DNA of 64,000 bases from Acidobacteriota bacterium (GTDB lineage Bacteria; Acidobacteriota; Terriglobia; Terriglobales; SCQP01): contig JAJYIU010000021.1 of NCBI GenBank assembly GCA_021789895.1, positions 30 through 64,029 on the forward strand, given 5' to 3'. Numbering within the stretch: the stretch's first letter is position 1; every line of letters starts with the position of its first letter. Positions 1 to 10,649 of this stretch are shown here, in pieces. The position numbers and the translations under genes are program-made. Under the pieces are notes generated by a model. It was not told where the DNA came from. It did no database searches and worked only from the letters and a program-made list of their open reading frames with translations.

Positions 1-401
1 GCCAGCGCCAGCCCCAGCCCGCCCAGCGTCAGCTCGTCCGGCAACTGCTGCCACTCCCAGTCGGTGGCGATCAGCCCCGCCAGCGCCGCCAGCAGCACGC
101 AGGCTTCAATCGCCGCCGGCCTCAGCCCGAGGCGCTCGTAGCCGAGCAGAAACACGCCCCCCGCTGCGGCTTCCAGCAGCGGATAGCGCAGCGCAATCGG
201 CGCCCGGCAGCCGCGGCAGCGCCCGCGCTGCAGCAGCCAGCTCAGCAGCGGCAAATTCTCCCAGGCGCGCAGCCGCCGCCCGCAGCGCGGGCAGTGCGAG
301 CCCGGACGCACCAGTGAAATCCCGTTCGGCAGCCGGTACGCCGCCGCATTCAAAAAGCTGCCGGCCAGCAGCCCGGCTAGAAAAAAAATCGCCCCCGCCA
401 T
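1..401 (-). CDS. pilD: Type IV prepilin peptidase (peptidase A24), N-terminal part; runs off the window
   Basis: My own minus-strand translation from the ATG at 401-399 gives MAGAIFFLAGLLAGSFLNAAAYRLPNGISLVRPGSHCPRCGRRLRAWENLPLLSWLLQRGRCRGCRAPIALRYPLLE... This shows the CxxC...CxxC N-terminal motif and hydrophobic helices typical of PilD-type leader peptidases. It is absent from the ORF track because it is truncated. Its ATG overlaps the TGA of the upstream gene (ATGA). Confidence 0.8.
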   Translation of the reverse strand, partial: MAGAIFFLAGLLAGSFLNAAAYRLPNGISLVRPGSHCPRCGRRLRAWENLPLLSWLLQRGRCRGCRAPIALRYPLLEAAAGGVFLLGYERLGLRPAAIEACVLLAALAGLIATDWEWQQLPDELTLGGLGLAL

Positions 402-1459
402 CACCCTGGCTCCTTTGAGCGCCGCGCCGCCGCGTAGGCTTCCAGCGTGCGCTCCGCCATCCGCGCGGCCGAGTAGTCCGCCACCCGCGCCCGCCCGCGC
501 TCGCCCAGCTCGCGCGCCCGCCGCGGATCGCCCGCCAGCCGCTCCAGCGCCCGGCCCCAGCCGCCGGCGTCGTCCGGTTCGAGCAGCTCGCCGCATCCTC
601 CCGGCTCGACCAGCTCGGGAATGCCGCCGCGCCGCGCCGCCACCACCGGCAGGCCGTAGGCCATCGCCACCAGCAGCGACGACCCCAGGCCTTCGTCCCG
701 CGAGGGCAGCAGGTAAAGATCGCCTGCCGCAACCCAGGCCGCGGCCGGTAGCGCATCCGCCTCGGCGCGGCGAAAATGCACTCGCGTTTCCAGCCGCAGC
801 GCCTGCGCCCGCCGGCGGAACTCTTCCCGCCCCGGCCCCTCGCCCGCCAGCAGCAAATGCATCGTCTGCGGCCCGCGCGCCAGGGCGTCGAGCAGCAGCG
901 GCAGGTTTTTTTCCGGCGTGAAGGCGCTGAGCGTGCAGGCGGCGGGCGCGTCCGCCGCCAGGCCCAGCGCGGCGCGGATTTGCGCCCGCGCCGCCGCGCG
1001 CTCGGGCAGCGCCGCAAGCTCGATCCCGTCGGGCACGGCCGCCACCCGTTCCGCCGCCACGCCCGCGGCCAGCAGTTGCCGCCGCACGTACTCCGAGACC
1101 GCCAGCACGCGGTCGGCGCGGCCGTATTTCCATGCCGTCAGGCGCCGCGGCGCAAACCCCACCCGCCGGCTCGCGACCAGCGCCGCGCGCCGCCGCCGCC
1201 AGCCCAGCCGCCATAGCAGCCAGCTCAGCGCGCGCGCATCGTGCGCATGGCAGAGCGCGCCGCCCTCCAGCCGCGGCGGATCGCTGAATCGCGACACCTC
1301 GAAGCCGGCCGCGCGCATCGCCCCCGCCACTGCCTCGCTGCGCGCCACGATGCGCTGCCGCTGCCCCCGCCGCTCCAGCTCCCGCGCCAGCAGCAGCATC
1401 TGCTGCTGTCCGCCGCGCCACTCGCGCCCGCCATCCACGTGTACGATCCCGCCCGTCAT
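401..1459 (-). CDS. Glycosyltransferase family 1 (GT4-type)
   Basis: Part of ORF 401..1558. I start it at the internal Met (MTGGIVHVDGGREWRGGQQQ...), ATG at 1459-1457. The C-terminal half has ...LYLLPSRDEGLGSSLLVAMAYGLPVVAARRGGIPELVE..., the typical GT1 E-x7-E region. Confidence 0.8.
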   Translation of the reverse strand: MTGGIVHVDGGREWRGGQQQMLLLARELERRGQRQRIVARSEAVAGAMRAAGFEVSRFSDPPRLEGGALCHAHDARALSWLLWRLGWRRRRAALVASRRVGFAPRRLTAWKYGRADRVLAVSEYVRRQLLAAGVAAERVAAVPDGIELAALPERAAARAQIRAALGLAADAPAACTLSAFTPEKNLPLLLDALARGPQTMHLLLAGEGPGREEFRRRAQALRLETRVHFRRAEADALPAAAWVAAGDLYLLPSRDEGLGSSLLVAMAYGLPVVAARRGGIPELVEPGGCGELLEPDDAGGWGRALERLAGDPRRARELGERGRARVADYSAARMAERTLEAYAAARRSKEPG

Positions 1460-1514
1460 CCCGTTTCCGCCTTGCCCTGCGCCGGCATTATCCTCTATCA
1501 TCCATCCCGGCTCC

Positions 1515-2288
1515 GTGACTCCACCTTTTCCGATCAGCGCCATCGTCATTACCCGCAACGAGGAGGATCATATCGCCTCCGCGCTGGCCACGCTCGCCTG
1601 GGCGGCGGAGATCGTGGTGGTGGATTCGAACTCGACCGACCGCACCGTCGAAATCGCCCGCCGCTTCACCCCGCGCGTGCTGACCCATCCCTTCGCCGGC
1701 TACGGCGCCCAGTACGCCTTTGCCCAGTCGCAATGCGCGCATGAGTGGGTGTTCTGGCTCGATGCCGACGAGCGCGTCACGCCTGAGCTGGCCGCGGCGA
1801 TTGCCCGCCTGCCCGCCGAGGGCGGCGCCGACGCCTGGCGCATCGCCCGCCGCACCTGGTACTTCGACCGCTGGATCCGCCACTCCGGCTGGTATCCCGA
1901 CTACCAGGTGCGCCTCTACCGCCGCTCGCTCACTGCCTGGACCCCGGCCCGCGTGCACGCCGCGCCCCGCGTCGCCGGACGCGTCGCCAACCTCGCCGGC
2001 GGCGACCTGCTCCATCATACCCGCCGCGGACTGCGCGAGCACCTCGAGGTGATGAACCGCTATACCGACCTCGCCGTCGCAGACGCGCTCGCCGCCGGAC
2101 GCGCGCCCTCCGCCGCCCGCCTGCTCTGCGGCCCGCCCGCCGCCTGGCTGCGCAGCTATGTCTTCCGCCAGGGCTTCCGCGACGGCTGGCCCGGCTGGCT
2201 GATCGCCGCCCTGGCCGCCGGCTACGTCTTTAGCCGCGAAGCCAAGCTCTTCGAACGCCGCTATGCCCGCCAGCCGCCGCTGGCTTAG
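1515..2288 (+). CDS. Glycosyltransferase family 2 (LPS-core WaaE/KdtX-like)
   Basis: This is the C-terminal 257 aa of ORF 918..2288: ISAIVITRNEEDHIASALATLAWAAEIVVVDSNSTDRT...WVFWLDADERV (GT2 DxD-type motifs). The N-terminal part of that ORF is antisense to the GT1 gene and low-complexity. An in-frame GTG at 1515 is the proposed start; the start is uncertain. Confidence 0.7.
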   Translation: MTPPFPISAIVITRNEEDHIASALATLAWAAEIVVVDSNSTDRTVEIARRFTPRVLTHPFAGYGAQYAFAQSQCAHEWVFWLDADERVTPELAAAIARLPAEGGADAWRIARRTWYFDRWIRHSGWYPDYQVRLYRRSLTAWTPARVHAAPRVAGRVANLAGGDLLHHTRRGLREHLEVMNRYTDLAVADALAAGRAPSAARLLCGPPAAWLRSYVFRQGFRDGWPGWLIAALAAGYVFSREAKLFERRYARQPPLA

Positions 2289-2336
2289 CGCAAAACTCGC
2301 CGCGTTGCATCAAAATTGATTTGGGAGGTGGGCGGC

Positions 2337-3326
2337 ATGCGGATGCGAGCTTTGGGCGATCAGGGACTGGTGGTGGCCGAACTGGCGCTCGGCTGCATGG
2401 GCATGTCGGAATTTTATGCCGGCGCGGCCGGCGGCGAGGCTTCGATCGCGGTCATCCACCGCGCCCTCGATCTCGGCGTGACCATGATTGATACCGCCGA
2501 TATGTACGGGCCGTTCACCAACGAGCGGCTGGTGGGGCGCGCCCTGCGCGGCCGCCGCGAGGGCGTGGTCCTGGCCACCAAGTTCGGCAACCAGCGCCGC
2601 CCGGATGGAACCTGGATCGGCGTCAATGGCCGCCCCGACTATGTCCGCCAGGCCTGCGATGCCTCGCTGCAGCGCCTCGGCGTGGATTGCATTGACCTGT
2701 ATTACCAGCATCGCGTGGACCGCGCGGTGCCGATCGAGGAGACCGTCGGTGCCATGGGCGAGCTGGTGCGCCAGGGCAAGGTCCGCTTCCTGGGCCTGTC
2801 GGAAGCCGGCGCCGCGACCCTGCGCCGCGCCCGCCGCGAGTTCCCGATCTCGGCCTTGCAGACCGAATACTCGCTCTGGTCGCGCGACGTCGAAGCGGAA
2901 ATCCTGCCCGCCGCGCGCGAGTTGGGCGTCGGTTTCGTCGCCTATAGCCCGCTCGGCCGCGGCTTCCTCGCCGGACGCTTCGCCCAGGCCTCCGATCTGG
3001 CCCCCGGCGACGTGCGCGCCCAATATCCCCGCTTCAGCGGCGATAACTTCGAGCGCAATTTCCGCCTCGCCCGGCGCCTGCGCGAGCGCGCCGCCCTCCG
3101 CGGCGTCACCGCCGCCCAACTCGCCCTCGCCTGGCTGCTCGACCGCGGCCCCGATATCGTCCCCCTCTTCGGCACCACCCACCCGCGCCGCCTGGAGGAA
3201 AACCTGGGCGCCGCCGCGCTCGAGCTGACGCCGCCGGATCGTGAGTTTCTCTCAGACGTGTTTCAGCCCGCCGCCGTCGCCGGCGAGCGTTACCCGGAAG
3301 ACCGCATGCGCAGCGTCGATGTATGA
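2337..3326 (+). CDS. Aldo/keto reductase
   Basis: [24 protein letters not shown]...[20 protein letters not shown]...DLYYQHRVD is a classical AKR signature. A GGGAGG Shine-Dalgarno lies 8 nt upstream of the ATG at 2337. Confidence 0.9.
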   Translation: MRMRALGDQGLVVAELALGCMGMSEFYAGAAGGEASIAVIHRALDLGVTMIDTADMYGPFTNERLVGRALRGRREGVVLATKFGNQRRPDGTWIGVNGRPDYVRQACDASLQRLGVDCIDLYYQHRVDRAVPIEETVGAMGELVRQGKVRFLGLSEAGAATLRRARREFPISALQTEYSLWSRDVEAEILPAARELGVGFVAYSPLGRGFLAGRFAQASDLAPGDVRAQYPRFSGDNFERNFRLARRLRERAALRGVTAAQLALAWLLDRGPDIVPLFGTTHPRRLEENLGAAALELTPPDREFLSDVFQPAAVAGERYPEDRMRSVDV

Positions 3327-3347
3327 CCATCGCCGCCGGCGCCGCCG

Positions 3348-3995
3348 TTAGCTTTGCAGGTGAATCGAGCCGACGCCGGCGTGCAGACGCAGGCGGAAGC
3401 GGCCGCCGGGATGCGCGTCCAGCGCCTTCGCTACGAACCCCTGCCCCTGGCCCCAGGGCCCGCCGATGATCGAGCCCACGCCGGTGGAGATCTGCACCCG
3501 GCGGTAGTCCGGATTCGGCCCCAGCGCCACGCGTATGTCCCCGACCCCGGTGTTGACGTACTTGTCGCCCGCGATCCCGCCGGCAATCCGGATTTCGCCC
3601 ACCCCGGTCTTTACGTGCAGATTGGTCTGCGCCGGCACGTCCACGATCACGTCAATCTGGCCGGCGTTGGAGGTGCCGGGCGGATAGTGGAAGCTGATTA
3701 CCGCATTCTGTCCCTCGGCTTCGAAACGCAAGCGCGCGCGGCTCTCCGCCGGCGACCACCCCCAGAAGGCGAAATGATGCTTGCGGATGTGGTAGTGCAG
3801 CCGCAGCCAGTTGCCTTCCGCGATCTCCACATGCACGCTGCCCACCGGCAAGCTGATTTCCAGGTTCCCGCCGGAAGCGAAATGGGCCGAGCGGTCGCCC
3901 GTCCGCGGAAGCTGCCCGTTGCCGATGCTGACACAGCCGGCGACGCTCAACATCGCCGGCAGCAGGCCGGCGAAAATGGCTAATTTTGCCCGCAT
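3348..3995 (-). CDS. Lipoprotein with repeated GVG(E/D/S)I beta-strand motifs (DUF4097/putative-adhesin-like)
   Basis: Signal peptide plus lipobox (LSVAGC). Repeated TGVGEIRI / TGVGDIRV / TGVGSIIG / AGVGSIHL units. Confidence 0.6.
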   Translation of the reverse strand: MRAKLAIFAGLLPAMLSVAGCVSIGNGQLPRTGDRSAHFASGGNLEISLPVGSVHVEIAEGNWLRLHYHIRKHHFAFWGWSPAESRARLRFEAEGQNAVISFHYPPGTSNAGQIDVIVDVPAQTNLHVKTGVGEIRIAGGIAGDKYVNTGVGDIRVALGPNPDYRRVQISTGVGSIIGGPWGQGQGFVAKALDAHPGGRFRLRLHAGVGSIHLQS

Positions 3996-4151
3996 GCTGC
4001 CTCCCCGGCGGATAAGGCTGGGCCCCCGCCTCGCGGAACGCTACATCCGTTATGTACGCATCCGGCCGGCGCCGGGATCGCATGATTTTGCCCCGGACCG
4101 CTAATTTATTTGCCGGGTCCCGATGCGGTTCCGGAACCGTGTGGGCTGGCT

Positions 4152-5297
4152 TTACTGCATTGCCGCCGCCCACGCCTTTACCTCCGTCCAGGCGCCGCTC
4201 GCCGCCGAGCGTTCGACCGCGTCCAGCACGGCGTTGCAGGCCGCGCCATCGGCAAAATCGGGGTGGATCTCGCCGCCTTTCGCCACCGCTTCCAAAAACT
4301 CGGCCATGGCGTGCACGAAAGGATGCTCGTAGCCGAGAATGTGTCCCGCCGGCCACCAGTGCGGAATGAAGGGATGCCGGGCGTCGGTCACCAGGATATT
4401 GTTCCAGCCCTGCAACTCTTCCGGCTGGGTGCGGTCGTAGAACTCCAGCTCGTTGAGCCGCTCGAGATTGAAGCGCAGCGATCCCTGGCTGCCGTTGATC
4501 TCGAGCGTCAGGCAGTTCTTGCGTCCCGGCGCCAGCCGGCTGACCTCGAACTGCGCCGTCATCTCCCCCGCCCGCCCGATGAACAGCGCCGCATCGTCCA
4601 CCGTCACCGGGGCCATCCGGCGCGGCTCGTCGGGCAGCGGGCGCTCGGGAATCAGCGTCGCCATCAGCGAACTCACTTTTTCCACCCGCCGGCCGGTCAG
4701 ATAATGGCAGATATCCACCACGTGCGCCCCCAGATCGCCCAGCGCGCCCGAGCCGGCGATGGTTTTATCCAGCCGCCAGACGCGCGGAAACTGCGGGTCC
4801 ACGATCCAATCCTGCAGGTACTGGGCGCGGAAATGAAACAGCCGCCCCAGCCGGCCGGCTTCGATCCACTGCCGCGCCAGGCGCATCGCCGGCACGCGGC
4901 GGTAGTTGAACAGCACCATGTGGCGCACCCCCGCCGGCTTCACCGCCGCCAGCATCGCCAGCGCTTCGTCGAGCGAGTTGGCCAGCGGTTTTTCGCAGAT
5001 CACGTGTTTGCCCGCCTGCGCGGCGGCAATCGCAATCTCGGCGTGGCTGTCGCCGGGCGTGACGATATCCACGATGCCGATATCCGGACGCGCCACCACC
5101 CGCCGCCAGTCGGTTTCGACCTCTTCCCAGCCGAGCTGGTCCGCGGCCTGCTGCGCCGCCTCCTGCCGCCGGCCGCAGATGACTTTCAGGCGCGGCTTCA
5201 GCGGCCCGGGAAAGAAGTGCGGCGCCTGTCGCCAGGCATTGCTGTGCGCCCGGCCCATGAAGGCGTAGCCGATCATCGCTACATTGATTTCTGCCAT
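4152..5297 (-). CDS. Gfo/Idh/MocA family NAD(P)-dependent oxidoreductase
   Basis: N-terminal Rossmann region MAEINVAMIGYAFMGRAHSNAW... and EKPLANSLDEA, the family motif EKP. Confidence 0.9.
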   Translation of the reverse strand: MAEINVAMIGYAFMGRAHSNAWRQAPHFFPGPLKPRLKVICGRRQEAAQQAADQLGWEEVETDWRRVVARPDIGIVDIVTPGDSHAEIAIAAAQAGKHVICEKPLANSLDEALAMLAAVKPAGVRHMVLFNYRRVPAMRLARQWIEAGRLGRLFHFRAQYLQDWIVDPQFPRVWRLDKTIAGSGALGDLGAHVVDICHYLTGRRVEKVSSLMATLIPERPLPDEPRRMAPVTVDDAALFIGRAGEMTAQFEVSRLAPGRKNCLTLEINGSQGSLRFNLERLNELEFYDRTQPEELQGWNNILVTDARHPFIPHWWPAGHILGYEHPFVHAMAEFLEAVAKGGEIHPDFADGAACNAVLDAVERSAASGAWTEVKAWAAAMQ

Positions 5298-5364
5298 CTG
5301 CGAAGCTCCTGGCGCGCGCGGCGCGCCGGCCGCGCGGCCGTGAAGAAATGGAAAGGGCGCGCTC

Positions 5365-6333
5365 TCAGGCCCACCAGATGCGCGGCCGCGGCTGCCGTAG
5401 AACCAGGCTCTGCAGCAGCGCCACCGCTTTGTTCAGCCCTTCCTCCACCGACATCAGGCTGTCTTCGTGCTCGATCGAGAGCGCCCCGTCGTAGCCCGCC
5501 AGCCGCAGCGCCGAGAGGAAGTGCGCCCACCATTCCGGCCCATGGCCGTAGCCCACGGTGCGGAAAATCCAGCCGCGGTGCTTCTCGTCCGCGTACGGCT
5601 TGCTGTCCAGCACTCCGGTGCGTGCGGCGCAGTTGGTTTCGAAAATGTAAGTGTCCTTGGCGTGCACATGGAACAGCGCGCCCGCCTCGCCCAGCAGCCC
5701 CGCCGCCTCGATCGGTTCGATCCGCTGCCAGAACAGGTGGCTGGGGTCGAAGTTGCAGCCCACCGCCTTGCCCGCTTCCCGGCGCAGCCGCAGCATCGTT
5801 TCCGGCGAATAGACCACGAAGCCGGGATGCATCTCGATCGCGATCCGCACCCCGTGGTCGGCGGCGAATCGGGCATGCTCCTTCCAGAAGGGAATGACTT
5901 TCTTTTCCCATTGCCACTTCAGCAGATCGCTGTACTCGGGCGGCCAGGGGCAGGTGACCCAGTTGGGCCGGGTGGCGCGCTCGCATTCGCCGGGGCAGCC
6001 GGAAAAATCCACCACCGTCTCCACCCCCAGCTTCTCCGCCAGCCGGATGGTGCGCCGGCTGGTCTCGACGAAGCGGCGGCGGAGGGCGGCGTCCGGATGC
6101 AGCGGGTTCCCGTGGCAGCTCAGCGCGCTGATGGCGATGCCGGCGTCGCTCAGCCGCGCGCTGAATTCCTTCAGCCGCCGCGGCTCGCTCAACATGTCCA
6201 GCTTGCAGTGCGGATCGCCGGGATAGTTGCCCGTCCCCAGCTCGACCGTGTCCAGGCCGAGCTCGCGCACCTTGCGGATCGCCTCTTCAAAGCTGTCGTT
6301 GGCCAGCAGCGCCGTGAATAGTCCTACCCGCAT
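5365..6333 (-). CDS. Sugar phosphate isomerase/epimerase (xylose-isomerase-like TIM barrel)
   Basis: MRVGLFTALLANDSFEEAIRKVRELGLDTVELGTGNYPG...IAIEMHPG...LSIEHED is typical of the AP-endonuclease-2/xylose isomerase-like TIM family. Confidence 0.85.
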   Translation of the reverse strand: MRVGLFTALLANDSFEEAIRKVRELGLDTVELGTGNYPGDPHCKLDMLSEPRRLKEFSARLSDAGIAISALSCHGNPLHPDAALRRRFVETSRRTIRLAEKLGVETVVDFSGCPGECERATRPNWVTCPWPPEYSDLLKWQWEKKVIPFWKEHARFAADHGVRIAIEMHPGFVVYSPETMLRLRREAGKAVGCNFDPSHLFWQRIEPIEAAGLLGEAGALFHVHAKDTYIFETNCAARTGVLDSKPYADEKHRGWIFRTVGYGHGPEWWAHFLSALRLAGYDGALSIEHEDSLMSVEEGLNKAVALLQSLVLRQPRPRIWWA

Positions 6334-6492
6334 CGTCCGACCTCCTGGTGAATAGGGGCGCGATCAGAATAGCCCAGCTTTCGCGCCCGGCGCAACGCGC
6401 CCGGCCGCGCGCCGCAAGGCGGCTCGACCCGCCTCCTGCGCCCTTTTTTTCGTCCCGTTGCCCGATTGATCTTCCCTGTTATCATGGTTCGC

Positions 6493-7494
6493 ATGCCGGC
6501 TGTGCTTCCCTACTATTCCATCGGCGTGGACCTGGGCGGAACGAATCTGCGCATCGCCGCGGTCGGCCCCGCGGGCGAGCTGTGTGAAAAAATCGCGCTC
6601 GAAACCGAGGTCAAGGAAGGCCGCGAGCGGGTGGTGGAGGATATGTGCGCGGCCATCGCCGATCTGCGGCTGCGCATGGGCGCCGCCCCGCTGGCCGGCA
6701 TCGGCATCGGCGTGCCGGGCGTCATACACCTTTCCACCGGCATGGTGCTGAACTCCCCCAACCTGCCCGGCTGGACCGATTTTCCCGTGCGTGACGAAAT
6801 CGAGCGCCGGCTGGCCACCCGCGTCATTCTGGAAAACGACGCCAATGCCGCCGCCCTGGGCGAAAAATACCTCGGCGCCGGCAAGAACGTCTCCGGACTC
6901 TGCATTCTCACCCTGGGCACCGGCATCGGCGGCGGGCTGGTGCTCGATGGCCGCATCTGGCACGGCGAAGACGGCATGGGCGGCGAGCTTGGCCATATGA
7001 CGATTGATCCCAATGGCCAGCTCTGCGCCTGCGGCAACCTGGGCTGCATCGAGGCCTATTCTTCGGCTTCGGCTATCGTGCGCATGGCCAATGCCGCCAT
7101 CCGCGTCGGACGTTCCCCCGGCCTGACCGCCGCCGCCGAGGAAGTCGGCGAGCTGACCGCCGAAGTGGTCTATATCAAGGCCCGCCAGGGCGACCGCGTC
7201 GCCTGTGAAATTTTCGAGATGGCCGGCCGCAGCCTGGGCGTGGCCGTGGGCAACCTGATCAATATTTTCAACCTGCCGCTTTACGTGATCGGCGGCGGCG
7301 TGGCCCGCGCCTGGGACGTCTTCGCCCCGGCGCTGATCGCCGAGGTCGAAAAACGCTCGGTGGTTTACCGCTCCCGCCGCCCCCGCATCGAACGCTCCGC
7401 GCTCGATGCCGACGCCGGCCTGCTCGGCGCCGCCTGGCTGCCGCAGCTCGACCGCGCCCGCCTGCAAACCGCCCCGGCGCGCCAGTCGCTTTAG
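6493..7494 (+). CDS. ROK family sugar kinase (glucokinase-like)
   Basis: YSIGVDLGGTNLRIAAV (ATP-binding DxGGT), the ROK signature LENDANAAALGE, and the Zn motif CACGNLGCIEAY. The start is taken at the ATG at 6493; 6484 is also possible. Confidence 0.85.
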   Translation: MPAVLPYYSIGVDLGGTNLRIAAVGPAGELCEKIALETEVKEGRERVVEDMCAAIADLRLRMGAAPLAGIGIGVPGVIHLSTGMVLNSPNLPGWTDFPVRDEIERRLATRVILENDANAAALGEKYLGAGKNVSGLCILTLGTGIGGGLVLDGRIWHGEDGMGGELGHMTIDPNGQLCACGNLGCIEAYSSASAIVRMANAAIRVGRSPGLTAAAEEVGELTAEVVYIKARQGDRVACEIFEMAGRSLGVAVGNLINIFNLPLYVIGGGVARAWDVFAPALIAEVEKRSVVYRSRRPRIERSALDADAGLLGAAWLPQLDRARLQTAPARQSL

Positions 7495-7511
7495 CGCGCC
7501 GCCCTTCGCCT

Positions 7512-8234
7512 GTGCAGATCGTGATTATTTCGCTGGCGGAGCAACTGCAGCGCCGCCGCCATATGGCCGAGCAGATGGTCGCTTGCCCCTTTCCCTGGCG
7601 ATTTCAGGACGCAGTGCGGGTAAATGCCTTCCCGCCCGAATACGACTTTGCCGCCCGCCGCCGCTGGTTTGGCTTCGAATTAAGCTGGGGCGAGATTGGC
7701 TGCTTGCTGAGCCACCGCGCCCTGTGGGCGCAATGCCACGCCGCGAACGGCGGCTGCTGGTGCATCCTCGAAGACGATATACGGCTGCTCCCGGGCTTTC
7801 CCGCGGCCTTGCAGCAATTGGAAGCCGGCGCCGGCGGCTGGGACCTGGTGCGCTTGATGGGCCATATGCCCCGCACCGGCTGGGGAGAGCAGCGCCTGAC
7901 CGGCGGCTGGGAGCTGATGATGCATCCCCGCCAGCCCGGCGGCACGCATGGCTATGTGCTGACCCCGGCGGCGGCCGGCCGGTTGCTGGATTATACCCGC
8001 CGCATTTACGAGCCGGTGGACAATGCCATTGATACTTATTGGCGGCACCGGCTGAACGTCTTTTGCCTGTCGCCGGCCGTCATCGGGCTGGAACCCCAAC
8101 TGCACTCCACGATCGGCTCGCGCGGCTCGCGCCGGCGGCCGCGCTGGCCGGGATTCAAACGCGACCTGCGCAAAGGCTACAGCCTGCTGCAGCGCCTGGT
8201 GTTCAATTGGCGCCGCTACGGACGCTGGCATTAG
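7512..8234 (+). CDS. Glycosyltransferase family 25 (LPS/LOS beta-1,4-galactosyltransferase-like)
   Basis: GTG start. IVIISLAEQLQRRRHMAEQM...GEIGCLLSHRALW...ILEDDI matches GT25 architecture. Confidence 0.7.
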   Translation: MQIVIISLAEQLQRRRHMAEQMVACPFPWRFQDAVRVNAFPPEYDFAARRRWFGFELSWGEIGCLLSHRALWAQCHAANGGCWCILEDDIRLLPGFPAALQQLEAGAGGWDLVRLMGHMPRTGWGEQRLTGGWELMMHPRQPGGTHGYVLTPAAAGRLLDYTRRIYEPVDNAIDTYWRHRLNVFCLSPAVIGLEPQLHSTIGSRGSRRRPRWPGFKRDLRKGYSLLQRLVFNWRRYGRWH

Positions 8235-8300
8235 CCGGCGCCGCCCGCCCGGTCCCCGTTCGCCGCCCAGATTGAAACCTGAAATTCCCAAAATGGTGGC

Positions 8301-8316
8301 TGGCATTCCCATTTCG
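8301..8316 (+). promoter_or_regulatory. Candidate sigma-54 (-24/-12) promoter
   Basis: TGGCATTCCCATTTCG compared with consensus TGGCAC-N5-TTGCW. GG and the -12 element have correct spacing, with one mismatch in -12 (TTTC instead of TTGC). It lies about 235 nt upstream of the sigma-54 activator gene. Confidence 0.3.
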
Positions 8317-8548
8317 GATTGCAGGCCCGGTTGCCGCCCCGCCGTCCGCCCGGGCCGCTGCCTACCGGCCGAAATGGCTAACCCTTTGGCTCACCGGACG
8401 TTGGTCGAATGCCGCGGCTGAAGTTTTGCCCCGCTGACTGCCGTTTGAGAGTATTGTGAATTGCGGCACACATATTGCAAGAGATATACCTGTATTGCAC
8501 ATCTCACCGCCGCGACTGCGGGGGGCGGCGGCTGGATTGAGAGCTTTT

Positions 8549-9949
<1,401 letters not shown>

Positions 9950-9991
9950 GCCGGGCCGCGGCCCGGCTCACTTCGCCGGATCGAGGTGCGC

Positions 9992-10624
9992 ATGTTGCAG
10001 ACGATTCTGCTGGTCAGCCGCGACGCCGAGTTGGCGCAGGCGGTCTTTCGCGGCCTGGGGCCGCTGGCCGATGCTTCCCGGCTGCATGCCGAACTGGAGC
10101 CCCCGCCGGGCAACTGGCGCGTGGTGCTGCTCGATGAGGCGGGTTGCGGCTGGGAGGAAAGCGAAAGCGGCGCCCTCCGCCTCGCCGCCCGGCTGGACCG
10201 GCTGCGCTCGCTGCCGTCGCATCCCAGCCTGGTTTGGCTGGGCTCGCGCCCGCTGCCGCCCGCGGTCGCGGTGCGCGCCGGCGCGCTCGACTTCGTCCAT
10301 AAAGAACGCGGCCTCTCCAAACTCGGCTTCGTGGTGCGCGCCCAGTTGGGCGTCGGCGGCTGGCGCCGCATCCACCAGCGGCTTGAGCAGGAAACCCTGC
10401 CCCGCCTGGAGCCCGGCGCGGCCGACCTGCGCCATGAGCTGAACAACCCGCTGGCCGGCATTCTCGGCAATGCCGAGCTGGCGCTGGCCGGCCGCGCCCG
10501 CCTCAACCCGGAATTGCGGCTGCGCCTGGAACGCATCCTGGCGATGGCCCTGCAGTTGCGCGACCTGCTCTACTGCCCCGCCCCGCCCGCGCCCGTCGCG
10601 CAGGCCCCCTCGCCCGGCCATTGA
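9992..10624 (+). CDS. Receiver-like domain fused to a HisKA (DHp) domain; no HATPase_c domain
   Basis: The N-terminus looks REC-like (TILLVSRD...VVLLDEAG...LVWLGS...GALDFVHKE). An H-box follows (LRHELNNPLAGILGNAELAL) with a second helix. The protein then ends 26 nt before a convergent gene, so no ATP-binding domain is encoded here. Confidence 0.7.
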   Translation: MLQTILLVSRDAELAQAVFRGLGPLADASRLHAELEPPPGNWRVVLLDEAGCGWEESESGALRLAARLDRLRSLPSHPSLVWLGSRPLPPAVAVRAGALDFVHKERGLSKLGFVVRAQLGVGGWRRIHQRLEQETLPRLEPGAADLRHELNNPLAGILGNAELALAGRARLNPELRLRLERILAMALQLRDLLYCPAPPAPVAQAPSPGH

Positions 10625-10649
10625 CCATGCTCCCCGCTCTCGCGCCGCG

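Noticed and set aside
918-1514. The N-terminal 199 codons of ORF 918..2288 taken as part of the GT2 protein.
   Set aside because: This part is antisense to the well-supported GT1 gene and is Ala/Arg/Ser/Pro low-complexity sequence. GT2 homology begins only near residue 205.
4152-6333. The Gfo/Idh/MocA oxidoreductase plus TIM-barrel isomerase pair as iolG/iolE-type partners of the MIPS cluster (the missing inositol dehydrogenase).
   Set aside because: These families are very abundant and functionally diverse. The genes are on the opposite strand about 17 kb away, separated by unrelated operons, and nothing in the sequence ties them to inositol.
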